Origin: an uncultured Desulfobacterales bacterium
GTDB taxonomy: Bacteria > Desulfobacterota > DSM-4660 > Desulfatiglandales > HGW-15
Direction: 5' to 3'
NCBI GenBank assembly: GCA_964512335.1
Contig: CAZEIA010000001.1
Span: 1-60,645 of the forward strand
DNA: 60,645 bases
The position numbers were made by a program, and so were the translations under genes. This document shows positions 18,170-27,094 of the stretch, one piece after another. The notes beneath the pieces are model-generated. The model was given only the letters and a program-made list of their open reading frames with translations, was not told the DNA's origin and searched no databases. Numbering within the stretch: position 1 is the first letter of the stretch; every line of letters begins with the position of its first letter.

Positions 18170-19108
18170 TCATTTCTTCTTCTGGCACAAGTACCTTCTT
18201 TCCTCTCCGAAAAAATCGTACCATCCTCCCTTTGAGCCCGGCTTAAGTTGGGGATTTCCTATGTACCCCGCCTCAAATACCTTTCGGGCCAGAGCCGGGA
18301 CCCTGTACCTTTCCCCGAGTGTTTCGTGAAGGTAGACCTGCGCATGGTAATAGGCATCAAACGAGGCCGTCTCATCAAGGAGCTGAAATACTCCCATCGG
18401 CCATCCGCTCCCTGCCTTGTTCATCTCATCAATATCGGATATGGATGCAACTCCCAACTCCACGAGACGAATCGCTTCCGTAATGTAGGTATTGATAAAA
18501 CGTGTCATGAAAAACCCGGGAGAGTCTTTCACGGGGATGGGTTTTTTGCCGATTTTGGTCAGAAAAACCATGATCAACTGATAAGCGTCCTCACTGGTGA
18601 GTTCGCTGCGTCCAACCTCCACCAGGCGCATTATGTTTGATGGAAAGAACCAGTGTGTACCTACGAGGTTCCTGTGAAGCTTCGTCATGGCCCCTGCCAT
18701 TTCGCTGATCATGATGGAGGATGTGCCTGAGGCAATGATGCAGTGGTCAGGGGCGTATCTCTCCACCTCTTGAAAGCACTGCTTCTTCAGCTTCACGTCT
18801 TCGCCAATGGACTCAAAGACGATATCCGCCTCCTTCAGTGCTTCAGCATACCCTGTAGAGGTTTTGACCTTGGCAAACATCTCCTCGGCCTGCTCAAGGG
18901 TCACTTTACCACGCTCGATCGCCTTGGAAAGCCCATAGGGGCCGTCTTTGATAAGGTGTAAGCCGTGCCGGCAGGTTTCTTCTCTTCTGGAAAGAATCAT
19001 GACCTCATAGGGCCCCCCTTGAATACAGGCCAGGACAATGCCGTGGCCCATGGATCCGCCTCCCCCAATAACCGTTATCCTCCTAACGCTTTCCAGATTC
19101 AGACTCAT
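18170..19108 (-). CDS. 3-hydroxyacyl-CoA dehydrogenase family protein
   Basis: N-terminal NAD fold ITVIGGGGSMGHGIVLA. The C-terminal domain is 3HCDH-like. Confidence 0.8.
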   Translation of the reverse strand: MSLNLESVRRITVIGGGGSMGHGIVLACIQGGPYEVMILSRREETCRHGLHLIKDGPYGLSKAIERGKVTLEQAEEMFAKVKTSTGYAEALKEADIVFESIGEDVKLKKQCFQEVERYAPDHCIIASGTSSIMISEMAGAMTKLHRNLVGTHWFFPSNIMRLVEVGRSELTSEDAYQLIMVFLTKIGKKPIPVKDSPGFFMTRFINTYITEAIRLVELGVASISDIDEMNKAGSGWPMGVFQLLDETASFDAYYHAQVYLHETLGERYRVPALARKVFEAGYIGNPQLKPGSKGGWYDFFGEERRYLCQKKK

Positions 19109-19278
19109 CTTACCTCCTAGTTGGACAACGCACTTGATTCTTTCAGGCGATCAGGGCTGCGGAAGCAGCGGTTGCGTTTTTTAATTAAACCCGCAAGCGG
19201 AGCCAATACAGAACCAAAAAAAGGCCTGGTGTGAGGCCGGGCAGCTCCCAGGCCGGCTCGATAACGTCAGGTTTTGGG

Positions 19279-20067
19279 TCAACGTCCCGTGAAGGCCGGT
19301 TTCCTCTTCTCCAGGAAGGCGGATGCAGCTTCTTTGTGGTCCTCTGTCTTGTAACAAAAGGCATTTATATTGGCCTCGAACGCAACGCTGTCCTGCAGGG
19401 TGCTGACGGCACCTTGGCGAAGCGCCGCTTTGCTTAATCCCACTGCCAGTGGAGGAAGTCCGCATATTCGGCGGGCAAGGTCAAAGGCGGTATCCAGCAC
19501 GGTATCATCATTTACTACACTGTTTACCAGACCGATCCTTTCCGCTTCAAGGGCATTAAACCTGCGGGCTGTAAGGACCAGTTCCATAGCCCTTCCCAGG
19601 CCCGCCAGTAACGGCAGCATATGGGAGCAACCGATCTCTGGAATGATGCCCATCATGGGAAACTCTGCTCCGAAGGTGGTGCTTTCAGCAGCTATTCTCA
19701 TGTCGCAAAGCAAGGACAGGCCAAAGCCGGCTCCCAGTGCGTACCCGTGAAGGGCACCTATAATGGGCTTCCGGACGCGGGTCAGAAATGTGAGCTTGTC
19801 AAAGAGATCGTTCAAATGGTTTCGTGTTTCAAGATGGCTCTGCTTGCTTATTGCCTTAAGAAATGAGACATCCCCACCCGCGCAAAATGCGCGTCCCTTG
19901 CCACTCAGTACAACAGCCCTCACTTCCTGATTCTTGTCAATCTCGGCAAAACAGGCATAGAGTTCATCAACCATCTCCTGGTTAATGGTATTCATGGCTT
20001 CTTGACGGTTAAGCTGTACATGGATTATGTCAGGCTCTGAATGAATCAAAAGCGTATTATATTGCAT
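19279..20067 (-). CDS. enoyl-CoA hydratase/isomerase (crotonase) family protein
   Basis: Crotonase motifs (VLSGKGRAFCAGGDV, GALHGYALGAGFGL). ATG at 20067 is preceded by AGGAGGA; the longer track ORF start is unlikely. Confidence 0.85.
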   Translation of the reverse strand: MQYNTLLIHSEPDIIHVQLNRQEAMNTINQEMVDELYACFAEIDKNQEVRAVVLSGKGRAFCAGGDVSFLKAISKQSHLETRNHLNDLFDKLTFLTRVRKPIIGALHGYALGAGFGLSLLCDMRIAAESTTFGAEFPMMGIIPEIGCSHMLPLLAGLGRAMELVLTARRFNALEAERIGLVNSVVNDDTVLDTAFDLARRICGLPPLAVGLSKAALRQGAVSTLQDSVAFEANINAFCYKTEDHKEAASAFLEKRKPAFTGR

Positions 20068-20564
20068 AGTGTCCTCCTGAAATAATAAAATTGCCTTAAG
20101 ATGCGGATAATGCTGAAGAGGGCCGTGGCCCGAAACCGCCCTCCCGCCGCTTCCCCGCACTGGAAAATCCAGGCCCTTCGCGCCGGCATTCCCGTACCTA
20201 TCCACAAATCATAAACGTCATGACCGCGTGGCGCAGGAACCTGCTTCATGTAACAACCTCATGGGCTATACCGCAAACAGGGAATTGGGTCGTAATGGAG
20301 CCGTTTCAGGCCAATGACAGCCGAACGATTGTTCGGTCGTAACGATATCAATTAAGTGGGAGGCTGTCAAATTTTTTGTGTTCATGAGACAAAATGCGGA
20401 ATCCGCCATCCGAACGAGAGCCTGAATCGACCCGGACTATCTTGGGCTCAACATAGGAATACTGCATAAATATATGATATAATACATATAATAGTCGGAA
20501 TGAGAACTGTGCCGGAGAAAGGGCCATTGAGCGTCCAAGAATAAAGGCTCTTTCCAAAATTTTC

Positions 20565-20610
20565 TTGACATGGGTTCTCCTGCCTTAGTAATGTTTCCGA
20601 ACATATGTTC
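20565..20610 (+). promoter_or_regulatory. candidate sigma70 promoter overlapped by a perfect 12-bp palindrome (putative TetR operator)
   Basis: TTGACA at 20565-20570, TAGTAAT at 20586-20592, then GAACATATGTTC at 20599-20610. A related half-palindrome TGAACATTGTATTCA lies about 25 nt downstream. An extended -10 TGATATAAT also occurs at 20475-20483. Confidence 0.4.
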
Positions 20611-20779
20611 TCAAAATAAAAAATATGAACATTGTATTCAGATATCCCCACAAAATTTTACACCCCGATCCACACGACCCCCTGCGAATTGGACAGGCGA
20701 TGCGGCTCTGTTGTTACGGCCTTATTCTGTTCAATTCACTGACTCGAGCTTAAAGATCTTTTTAAGGGTGATACCCATT

Positions 20780-21376
20780 ATGGATAAGCAAGAATTAGTC
20801 AAAGCAAAACAGGCCCAGATACTACGAGCGGCTCAAGATCTGTTTGCAAAAAAAGGTTATCACAAGACATCCGTTCGGGATATTGCTAAAAGCTCAGGAA
20901 TGAGTGTTGGATCGTTGTATGATTATATCAAGAACAAGGAAGATATATTATATTTATTAGGCAAGGAATTTCTTGATAATCTTCAGAATGAAGTTGACAA
21001 AGTCCTTGCAGGAGGCTATGGCATACGGGAGGAATTAGAGGGTACCGTTAAGGTTATGCTGAAACTTATTGATCGCTATCAAGAATATACGTTGTTTGCT
21101 TACAGAGATTCCAAGTATCTAAAAAAGGAGCATTTGAAAGCACTGATGAGTCAGGATGACTATTTCACAGAAACCTTTACTTCTATTATAAAAAAAGGTA
21201 TAGACAAAGGGATATTTGAGACGCAAGAGGCAGAAATAGTATCAATAATGCTTACTATGATGACTCATACTTGGGCTTTAAAGCGTTATATTCTGAGGAA
21301 ATATCCGTTTTTTATTTTTGAAAAGACCCTTTTGAGGTTTCTTTTGTGCGGACTGCAGAAAGACTGCAACGAGTGA
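20780..21376 (+). CDS. TetR/AcrR-family transcriptional regulator
   Basis: HTH ILRAAQDLFAKKGYHKTSVRDIAKSSGMSVGSLYDYIKNKEDIL. ATG at 20780 is in frame with the track ORF. Confidence 0.85.
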   Translation: MDKQELVKAKQAQILRAAQDLFAKKGYHKTSVRDIAKSSGMSVGSLYDYIKNKEDILYLLGKEFLDNLQNEVDKVLAGGYGIREELEGTVKVMLKLIDRYQEYTLFAYRDSKYLKKEHLKALMSQDDYFTETFTSIIKKGIDKGIFETQEAEIVSIMLTMMTHTWALKRYILRKYPFFIFEKTLLRFLLCGLQKDCNE

Positions 21377-21388
21377 AAGCAGGCAATT

Positions 21389-22408
21389 ATGGCTTTGGAT
21401 AACATTTTGAAAGGATTACGTGAAGGCAAGACCGGTGCGGCATCAAGGCTCATTACCCTGTTGGAAATGGGCAATGATCACCAAATTGACAGGATCATGG
21501 AAGAGGTCTACCCGAAGACTGGCCATAGCTGGGTTGTTGGAGTGACTGGCCCGGCCGGGGCGGGAAAGAGCAGCCTGCTGAACAACCTGATTTATCAGGT
21601 GCGAAAACAAGGTAAGACAGTGGGTGTGATACTGGTTGATCCCACCAGCCCCTTATCAGGCGGGGCGGTGCTGGGGGATCGCATACGCATGAGTTCCTTT
21701 TCCAGGGATGAAGGCGTATTTATCCGGTCCATGGGATCCCGGGGGAACTTGGGTGGACTTTCCATTGCCACATTGGGGGCTGTACGAATTCTGGACTATT
21801 TGAGGAAAGACTTTATTTTCGTTGAAACTGTTGGCACAGGGCAAGTAGATATCAATATCTGTGATATTGCAGATACAGTTTGTCTTGTACTGATGCCGGG
21901 CGCAGGTGATGTAATCCAATCACTTAAGGCTGGCGTAAGAGAAGTTAATGATATTTTCGTTGTTAACAAATGTGATAGACCTGGCGCTGAAGAGACATCT
22001 CTTAATATTGAAGTTATCATAGATATTCTTGAAAAAAAATTGGATCGCGATTTTATATGGGATGTTCCAATATGCTTAACAAATTCACTTACAGGTGATG
22101 GTATTGAAGCCCTCTGGGAGAAAATTAATGAACATTGCCATAAGTCTGAAGGCAGCGAGTTTAGAAAAGAAAGGAAAAAGGTGCAGGCCAAAAAAGAAAT
22201 CGTTGAGATCATACTCAGAAAATTAGAGAAATTCTTTCGAAGGCAGGTGGAAGAGAAGATGGATTTGGATGATATCCTTGGAGATGTTGTACTCAAGTCA
22301 AAGAGCCCCCAGAGGGCCAGTGAAGAGATCTTCTCCAGGATTGCACACTTGGATTTGACACTTTCACAACTGGCGGATGGAAGAGAGGGAGAGTCTGTAG
22401 GAGACTGA
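21389..22408 (+). CDS. meaB: MeaB/ArgK-type G-protein chaperone of AdoCbl mutases
   Basis: P-loop GPAGAGKSSL, ETVGTGQ and NKCD motifs. It lies immediately upstream of the mutase large subunit. Confidence 0.85.
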   Translation: MALDNILKGLREGKTGAASRLITLLEMGNDHQIDRIMEEVYPKTGHSWVVGVTGPAGAGKSSLLNNLIYQVRKQGKTVGVILVDPTSPLSGGAVLGDRIRMSSFSRDEGVFIRSMGSRGNLGGLSIATLGAVRILDYLRKDFIFVETVGTGQVDINICDIADTVCLVLMPGAGDVIQSLKAGVREVNDIFVVNKCDRPGAEETSLNIEVIIDILEKKLDRDFIWDVPICLTNSLTGDGIEALWEKINEHCHKSEGSEFRKERKKVQAKKEIVEIILRKLEKFFRRQVEEKMDLDDILGDVVLKSKSPQRASEEIFSRIAHLDLTLSQLADGREGESVGD

Positions 22409-22440
22409 ACCTGTTCTTTGATCCTGATGGAGGTTTTTTT

Positions 22441-24159
22441 ATGTTTGATCCCGAGACGATCAAAGTTGACAAGTCACTCAAAGAAAAGTGGACTGAAGAT
22501 TTTAACCAGGTCAAACACAGGTTTGTCAAGGATGGTGCGTATGATTCTGAGACTTACTCCGGCATTCCCCTCAAGGCCTTGTACACGCCTGAGGACATTG
22601 CCGACATTCCATACAGTGAAATAGGTGTTCCAGGACAATTCCCTTTCACGCGAGGGAATTATCCAATGGGGTATCAGTTTATGCCCTGGGCCAATCAGCC
22701 GGTTATCGGGTGCGGGACCCCGGAAGAAACCCGCGCCCGAATGGATTATCTGCGTGAACAGGGAATGACGGGCTATTTTGGAAGAGCATTTTATAACTTA
22801 GTATACGATCTTGCTACCCATGGTGGATTCGATCCTTCCGACAGGGCTGCCGAGGGCAGGGTCGGTGAATGCGGCATGAGTGTCTTTTCCGTGCCTACGA
22901 TGGATATCCTTTTTAAAGACATCGCTCTGGATCAGACCAATGTTGTTCATATCACCATGAATCAGACCCTGCCCATCCTTGCCATCTATATTGCATACGC
23001 GGAATCCCGAGGGTACAGCAGGGACCAGTTACGAGGCAACTCAATGAACTGGTATCACACATATAATGTTGCATCAGGCCTCGCAACATTCCCTCCTGAG
23101 ATATGCGACAGGCTGGCAAGTGAACTCATCTGGTTCTGTACCAAGAATATGCCCATGTGGAACACCACCAACTTGTTCGGGTATGGCATCGAAGAAGCCG
23201 GTGCCAATGCCTATGAGGAGGTGGCTGTAATTGTATCCGCCGGTATGTCCATTTCGAGGCGCTGCATCGAGATGGGGCTTGATCCCGATGAATTTCTTCC
23301 ACGGTTCGGGTTCCAGATTGGTCAAGGAAATGATTTTTTTGAAGAGATCGCCAAGATACGTGCCCTTAGAAAGATCTGGGCAAAGACAAACCGTGATATT
23401 TTTGGTGCCAAAAAAACGCAAAGCATGCATGTCCGGATACATACCCATACTTCCGGCGCCATGCTGACCGCTCAGCAGCCCCTCGTCAATCTGATCCGGA
23501 CCACCATCCAGGGACTCGGGGCCGCCTTGTCCGGGGTCCAGGCAATGGAGATTCCAGGCTATGACGAGGCCCTGGCAATCCCTTCAGAGGATGCAGCCCG
23601 TCTGGCACTGCGGATCCAGCAGGTGGTGGCTGAAGAGACAAACATCACCAAAGTCACGGATCCTTTAGGCGGGTCCTATTATGTTGAATGGTTGACCCGG
23701 GAGCTTGAGGACAAAGCCCGGGTGCTAATTGAAAAGATCGAAGCCCAGGGAGGATTTATTGAGGCCTGGGAAAACGGCTACATCAGATCTCTCATTGAGG
23801 CGTCTGCTCGAAAATGGAAAGAGGCGACTGACTCCGGGAGGCGAACTGTAATAGGCGTAAATAAATACAAAATGGAAGAAGAACAAAAGATACCTTTATA
23901 TAAAATTAAGCCTGAGACTGCAGAAATTCAAATAGAAAGAGATCTTGCTGATAAGAAAAGTCGTGATAGTGAAAAATATGATAAAGCAATGCTGAAATTA
24001 AGAGAGAATCTTGTCAAATTTAAGAAAGGTGATAATGACCACGGACTGGTTCCAGCTATGATTGATGCAGCTCGAAGTGGTGCCACCAGTGGTGAAATGA
24101 TGGCAATGATGAAGGAAACCCTTGGTTGGTTGAACTCTGCTGTTGTGGCACCCTGCTGA
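22441..24159 (+). CDS. acyl-CoA mutase-like large (substrate-barrel) subunit, highly divergent substrate pocket
   Basis: Canonical mutase motifs are retained in the C-terminal half (RIHTHTSGAMLTAQQP, DEALAIPSE, DPLGGSYYVEWLT). The N-terminal half deviates (PWANQPVIGCG, GRAFYNLVYDLAT, GNSMNWYHTYNVASGLATFPP, FGYGIEEAGA). Confidence 0.8.
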   Translation: MFDPETIKVDKSLKEKWTEDFNQVKHRFVKDGAYDSETYSGIPLKALYTPEDIADIPYSEIGVPGQFPFTRGNYPMGYQFMPWANQPVIGCGTPEETRARMDYLREQGMTGYFGRAFYNLVYDLATHGGFDPSDRAAEGRVGECGMSVFSVPTMDILFKDIALDQTNVVHITMNQTLPILAIYIAYAESRGYSRDQLRGNSMNWYHTYNVASGLATFPPEICDRLASELIWFCTKNMPMWNTTNLFGYGIEEAGANAYEEVAVIVSAGMSISRRCIEMGLDPDEFLPRFGFQIGQGNDFFEEIAKIRALRKIWAKTNRDIFGAKKTQSMHVRIHTHTSGAMLTAQQPLVNLIRTTIQGLGAALSGVQAMEIPGYDEALAIPSEDAARLALRIQQVVAEETNITKVTDPLGGSYYVEWLTRELEDKARVLIEKIEAQGGFIEAWENGYIRSLIEASARKWKEATDSGRRTVIGVNKYKMEEEQKIPLYKIKPETAEIQIERDLADKKSRDSEKYDKAMLKLRENLVKFKKGDNDHGLVPAMIDAARSGATSGEMMAMMKETLGWLNSAVVAPC

Positions 24160-24201
24160 TTCCTGGAATCTAAATGAACTTTTCCTTGGAGGGCTACGAT
24201 A

Positions 24202-24591
24202 ATGGAACGCAAAACGGTTCGGATTCTCATGACCAAGGCTGAGCAGGATTGTCACGACAGGGGTGTCCGATACATTACCACTAAGTTGAGAGAGGCAGGA
24301 TTCGAGGTTATATACACCAATTTTCTGTATCCGGAAGAAATTGTCAATACAGCCGTTCAGGAAGATGTTGATGTGATTGGCCTTTCCAGTTCCACGCTGG
24401 GGCATATCCAGGTGCTGAGTCATGTCAAGGCAGGTTTAAAAGAAGAGGGTCTTGACGACATCCTCATCATGGTTGGCGGTGTTGTTCCGGACGACGACCT
24501 GTCGAAGCTGTCGGATTTGGGGATCCACGCCTTGTTTGGGCCGGGGACCACGGCCAACGAGGTAATTGATTTTATAAAATCAAATACTTGA
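24202..24591 (+). CDS. mutase small subunit, B12-binding domain (base-off/His-on)
   Basis: DxHxxG (DCHDRG), SxL (SSSTLGH) and GG (MVGGVVP) motifs in a 129-aa protein. Confidence 0.85.
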   Translation: MERKTVRILMTKAEQDCHDRGVRYITTKLREAGFEVIYTNFLYPEEIVNTAVQEDVDVIGLSSSTLGHIQVLSHVKAGLKEEGLDDILIMVGGVVPDDDLSKLSDLGIHALFGPGTTANEVIDFIKSNT

Positions 24592-24715
24592 GGCTTTGAA
24601 AAGAACCTGCCCACCCACCGCCGGGCAGGCCGTAACCGGTCAGGATTACAGGGGAGGATGACCTGCTTTGCGGCTCTTTCCTGCCCTCTCAAACGTTATT
24701 CTGGAAGGTCAATGT

Positions 24716-25207
24716 ATGAAAGAGGAAAGCATACTGAATTATAAGACAGTTCTTGTAGTTGATGACGAACCGGATGTACTGGACACCGTCGAAGAAATAC
24801 TTTCCATGTGCATAGTTTCTAAAGCGAAGGATTACGAAACAGCGGTTCAATACCTCTTAGGCTACACTTACGATATTGTTATTCTTGATATTATGGGAGT
24901 GAGCGGCTTTGAACTCCTGAAGAAGTCCGTGGCCAGGGGGTTCCCCACAATAATGCTTACGGCCCATGCTGTTACAGCAGAATCACTCAAGAACTCCATA
25001 AGGCTGGGAGCCGTTTTTTTCCTTCCGAAGGACGAGATGTCCGAGCTTCAAGGCTTTCTGGAGGAGGTGGTGCTTGGAGGCGGGAAGCCGATATGGGCAA
25101 AGCTGTTCAATCGACTTGATTCGTATTTCCAGAGACGATTCGGGCCTGACTGGAAAGAAAAAGAGCGGATCCTCAGGGAAGTGGAAGAAACCCTTTCAAG
25201 GGACTGA
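24716..25207 (+). CDS. receiver-only response regulator with conserved C-terminal extension (paralog of 2088..2597)
   Basis: ATG at 24716 follows a GGAAGG. It carries VVDDE, ILDIMGVSGFELL, MLTAHA and LPKDEM, with tail W..L..YF..FGPDWKEKE shared with the other copy. Confidence 0.8.
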   Translation: MKEESILNYKTVLVVDDEPDVLDTVEEILSMCIVSKAKDYETAVQYLLGYTYDIVILDIMGVSGFELLKKSVARGFPTIMLTAHAVTAESLKNSIRLGAVFFLPKDEMSELQGFLEEVVLGGGKPIWAKLFNRLDSYFQRRFGPDWKEKERILREVEETLSRD

Positions 25208-25221
25208 GAGGAAGGCGAAAA

Positions 25222-25683
25222 ATGAATACATCGGGTACGTACGACTCTGAAAAACTACATGATGCAAATTACGTAATTGGAGTTCTCTGTTCCGAATTCT
25301 TGAGGGAATACGGAGAAGCTTCAAAGGATATCATTTCTCGAATCTGTTATGAGCGCGGCCTGGCGCTGGGGAAGAGACTCGGGGCAAAAATCAAGGACAA
25401 ATCGTTTGAGACTGCGGTGGCTGCGTTTGTTCGGGCCTCGGAAAAAAGCGAGTCTCCGGCAGTGTTGGTCTCTTTATCCGAAGAAAGGGCCGTATTGCAA
25501 GGGAGTGGCTGTCCCCTGGGATTGAAGGGCAGGGGCCGTCCCGTTTGTGAGGCAATGATGCCTATGGATCAAGGCATCCTGGAAAGTGCATCGAATGTGA
25601 AAGTCAATTTTAAAGTTGTTAAAAGCATCGCCGGTGGTGATGAGAATTGTGAAGTTGTCTTTGAGGTTCAGCCATCTGATTAG
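25222..25683 (+). CDS. small Cys-rich V4R/ATC-hydrolase-like putative ligand-binding protein
   Basis: The pattern GCPLG..PVCEAMMPMDQGILE..GGDENCEVVFEV resembles V4R-type small-molecule-binding modules. The assignment is by eye only. Confidence 0.45.
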   Translation: MNTSGTYDSEKLHDANYVIGVLCSEFLREYGEASKDIISRICYERGLALGKRLGAKIKDKSFETAVAAFVRASEKSESPAVLVSLSEERAVLQGSGCPLGLKGRGRPVCEAMMPMDQGILESASNVKVNFKVVKSIAGGDENCEVVFEVQPSD

Positions 25684-25892
25684 GCATTAATATGACCACG
25701 AATCCGGCTCGAAAATGATTCTTTGGGTTGCAGCCCCTGGTTTTGAGATCTGCGTTAATATTGTCGATATGTTAGGGACTTCCCGAAGGCGGCTGAACCT
25801 TTTTTGCCAGGCCGTCGGTTTTACCTGTGAAGCGCTGTTTGTAAATTTTGGAAGCTATCGGCCGAATGTATGCGGGGAGGGGAGAGGCTATT

Positions 25893-27035
25893 ATGAGTGT
25901 CAAACTCAATAAGGAGCAAAAGGATATCATTCAGGCGGCGAAGGAATTTGCACTAAAGGCGTTTTCCGAAGTAATGCAGGACTTTGACAGGAATGAGGCC
26001 TTTGACCTCGATCTCTTGAGGAAAGCTGCCGAGCTAGGGTTCGTGGGCGTCAGCTTCGATGAGGCTTACGACGGGATAGGGTACAGCTATTTTGAGCACT
26101 GTCTTATCACGGAGGAGTTCTCCGCCGTCGATGCAGGCATAGGAGCGGCTGTTCTTTACCCCGCCGTTGTCGGGGAATGCATCCATCTGTTTGGGGACGA
26201 GTCCCAGAAGCAATCCATGCTTCCGCGGATTACAAGCGGTGAGATTGTTCCGGCGCTTGCCGTTTGTGAGCCGGAAACCGGTACTGATATGTTTTCCGTG
26301 GCAACAAGCGCGATGCGACAAAACAACTCCTGGATCATTAATGGAGACAAAATATTCGTTATTGGAGGGGATTACGCTGACTATACATGTGTACTCGCGC
26401 TGACCGACCCCGAAAACCCGTCACCTGAGAACCGGCACAGTTTCATTCTTGTGCCGAGGGAAACTCAGGGAATGAGCTGCGAACGGCTTGAGGGGAAGCT
26501 GGGCATGAGGGCGGCAACTGCAGCCAGGCTGTCCTTTTCCAATGTCCAAGTCCCTGTTTCCAATTGCATAGGATCTCCGGGCGACGGATTTCGTCAGGCA
26601 AGGGCACTGCAGGGCAGGATTGATGCAATGGGTGCCGCCATGGGTGTTGGAGTTGCCAGGGCCGCCCTTCACGAGGGTGTAACTTACTCGAAGGCGCGGC
26701 ACGCTTTCGGAGTCCCCATTTCTTCATTCCAGGGGATTCAGGCCAAGCTGATCGAAATGGCAACTCTCATGAGGGCCGCCAGGAACCTCTATTATGAAGC
26801 TGCATCGTCCTTGGCGGCCGGGAATGCGGATTACGGCCTTGCGGCTATGGCCAAGAGGTTCAGCGGAAAAACCGCTTTGCTGTGTGCGGACGAAGCCGTT
26901 CAGATCCACGGAGGTTATGGATATTTTGATGAATACCGAGTGCAACGTCTTTACCGGGACGCCAAAGTCGTTGATCTCTGGGAGGGGTCGAAGGAACTGG
27001 AGAGACAGAACATACTGAAGACCATACTGGGCTAG
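25893..27035 (+). CDS. acyl-CoA dehydrogenase
   Basis: ACAD fold motifs with C-terminal YRDAKVVDLWEGS (catalytic Glu context). ATG at 25893 follows a GGGGAGGGGAGAGG. Confidence 0.85.
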   Translation: MSVKLNKEQKDIIQAAKEFALKAFSEVMQDFDRNEAFDLDLLRKAAELGFVGVSFDEAYDGIGYSYFEHCLITEEFSAVDAGIGAAVLYPAVVGECIHLFGDESQKQSMLPRITSGEIVPALAVCEPETGTDMFSVATSAMRQNNSWIINGDKIFVIGGDYADYTCVLALTDPENPSPENRHSFILVPRETQGMSCERLEGKLGMRAATAARLSFSNVQVPVSNCIGSPGDGFRQARALQGRIDAMGAAMGVGVARAALHEGVTYSKARHAFGVPISSFQGIQAKLIEMATLMRAARNLYYEAASSLAAGNADYGLAAMAKRFSGKTALLCADEAVQIHGGYGYFDEYRVQRLYRDAKVVDLWEGSKELERQNILKTILG

Positions 27036-27094
27036 AAGCGATTTTTAACCTACGCTCCAAGCGCGAGAAAAAATTTAAGAAAAGGAAAGCCGGC

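Noticed and set aside
24600-24640. The hairpin CCTGCCC..GGGCAGG after the mutase small-subunit gene, considered as a terminator.
   Set aside because: No T-tract follows, and the downstream response regulator gene is co-directional and close. It is more likely an intra-operon structure, if anything.
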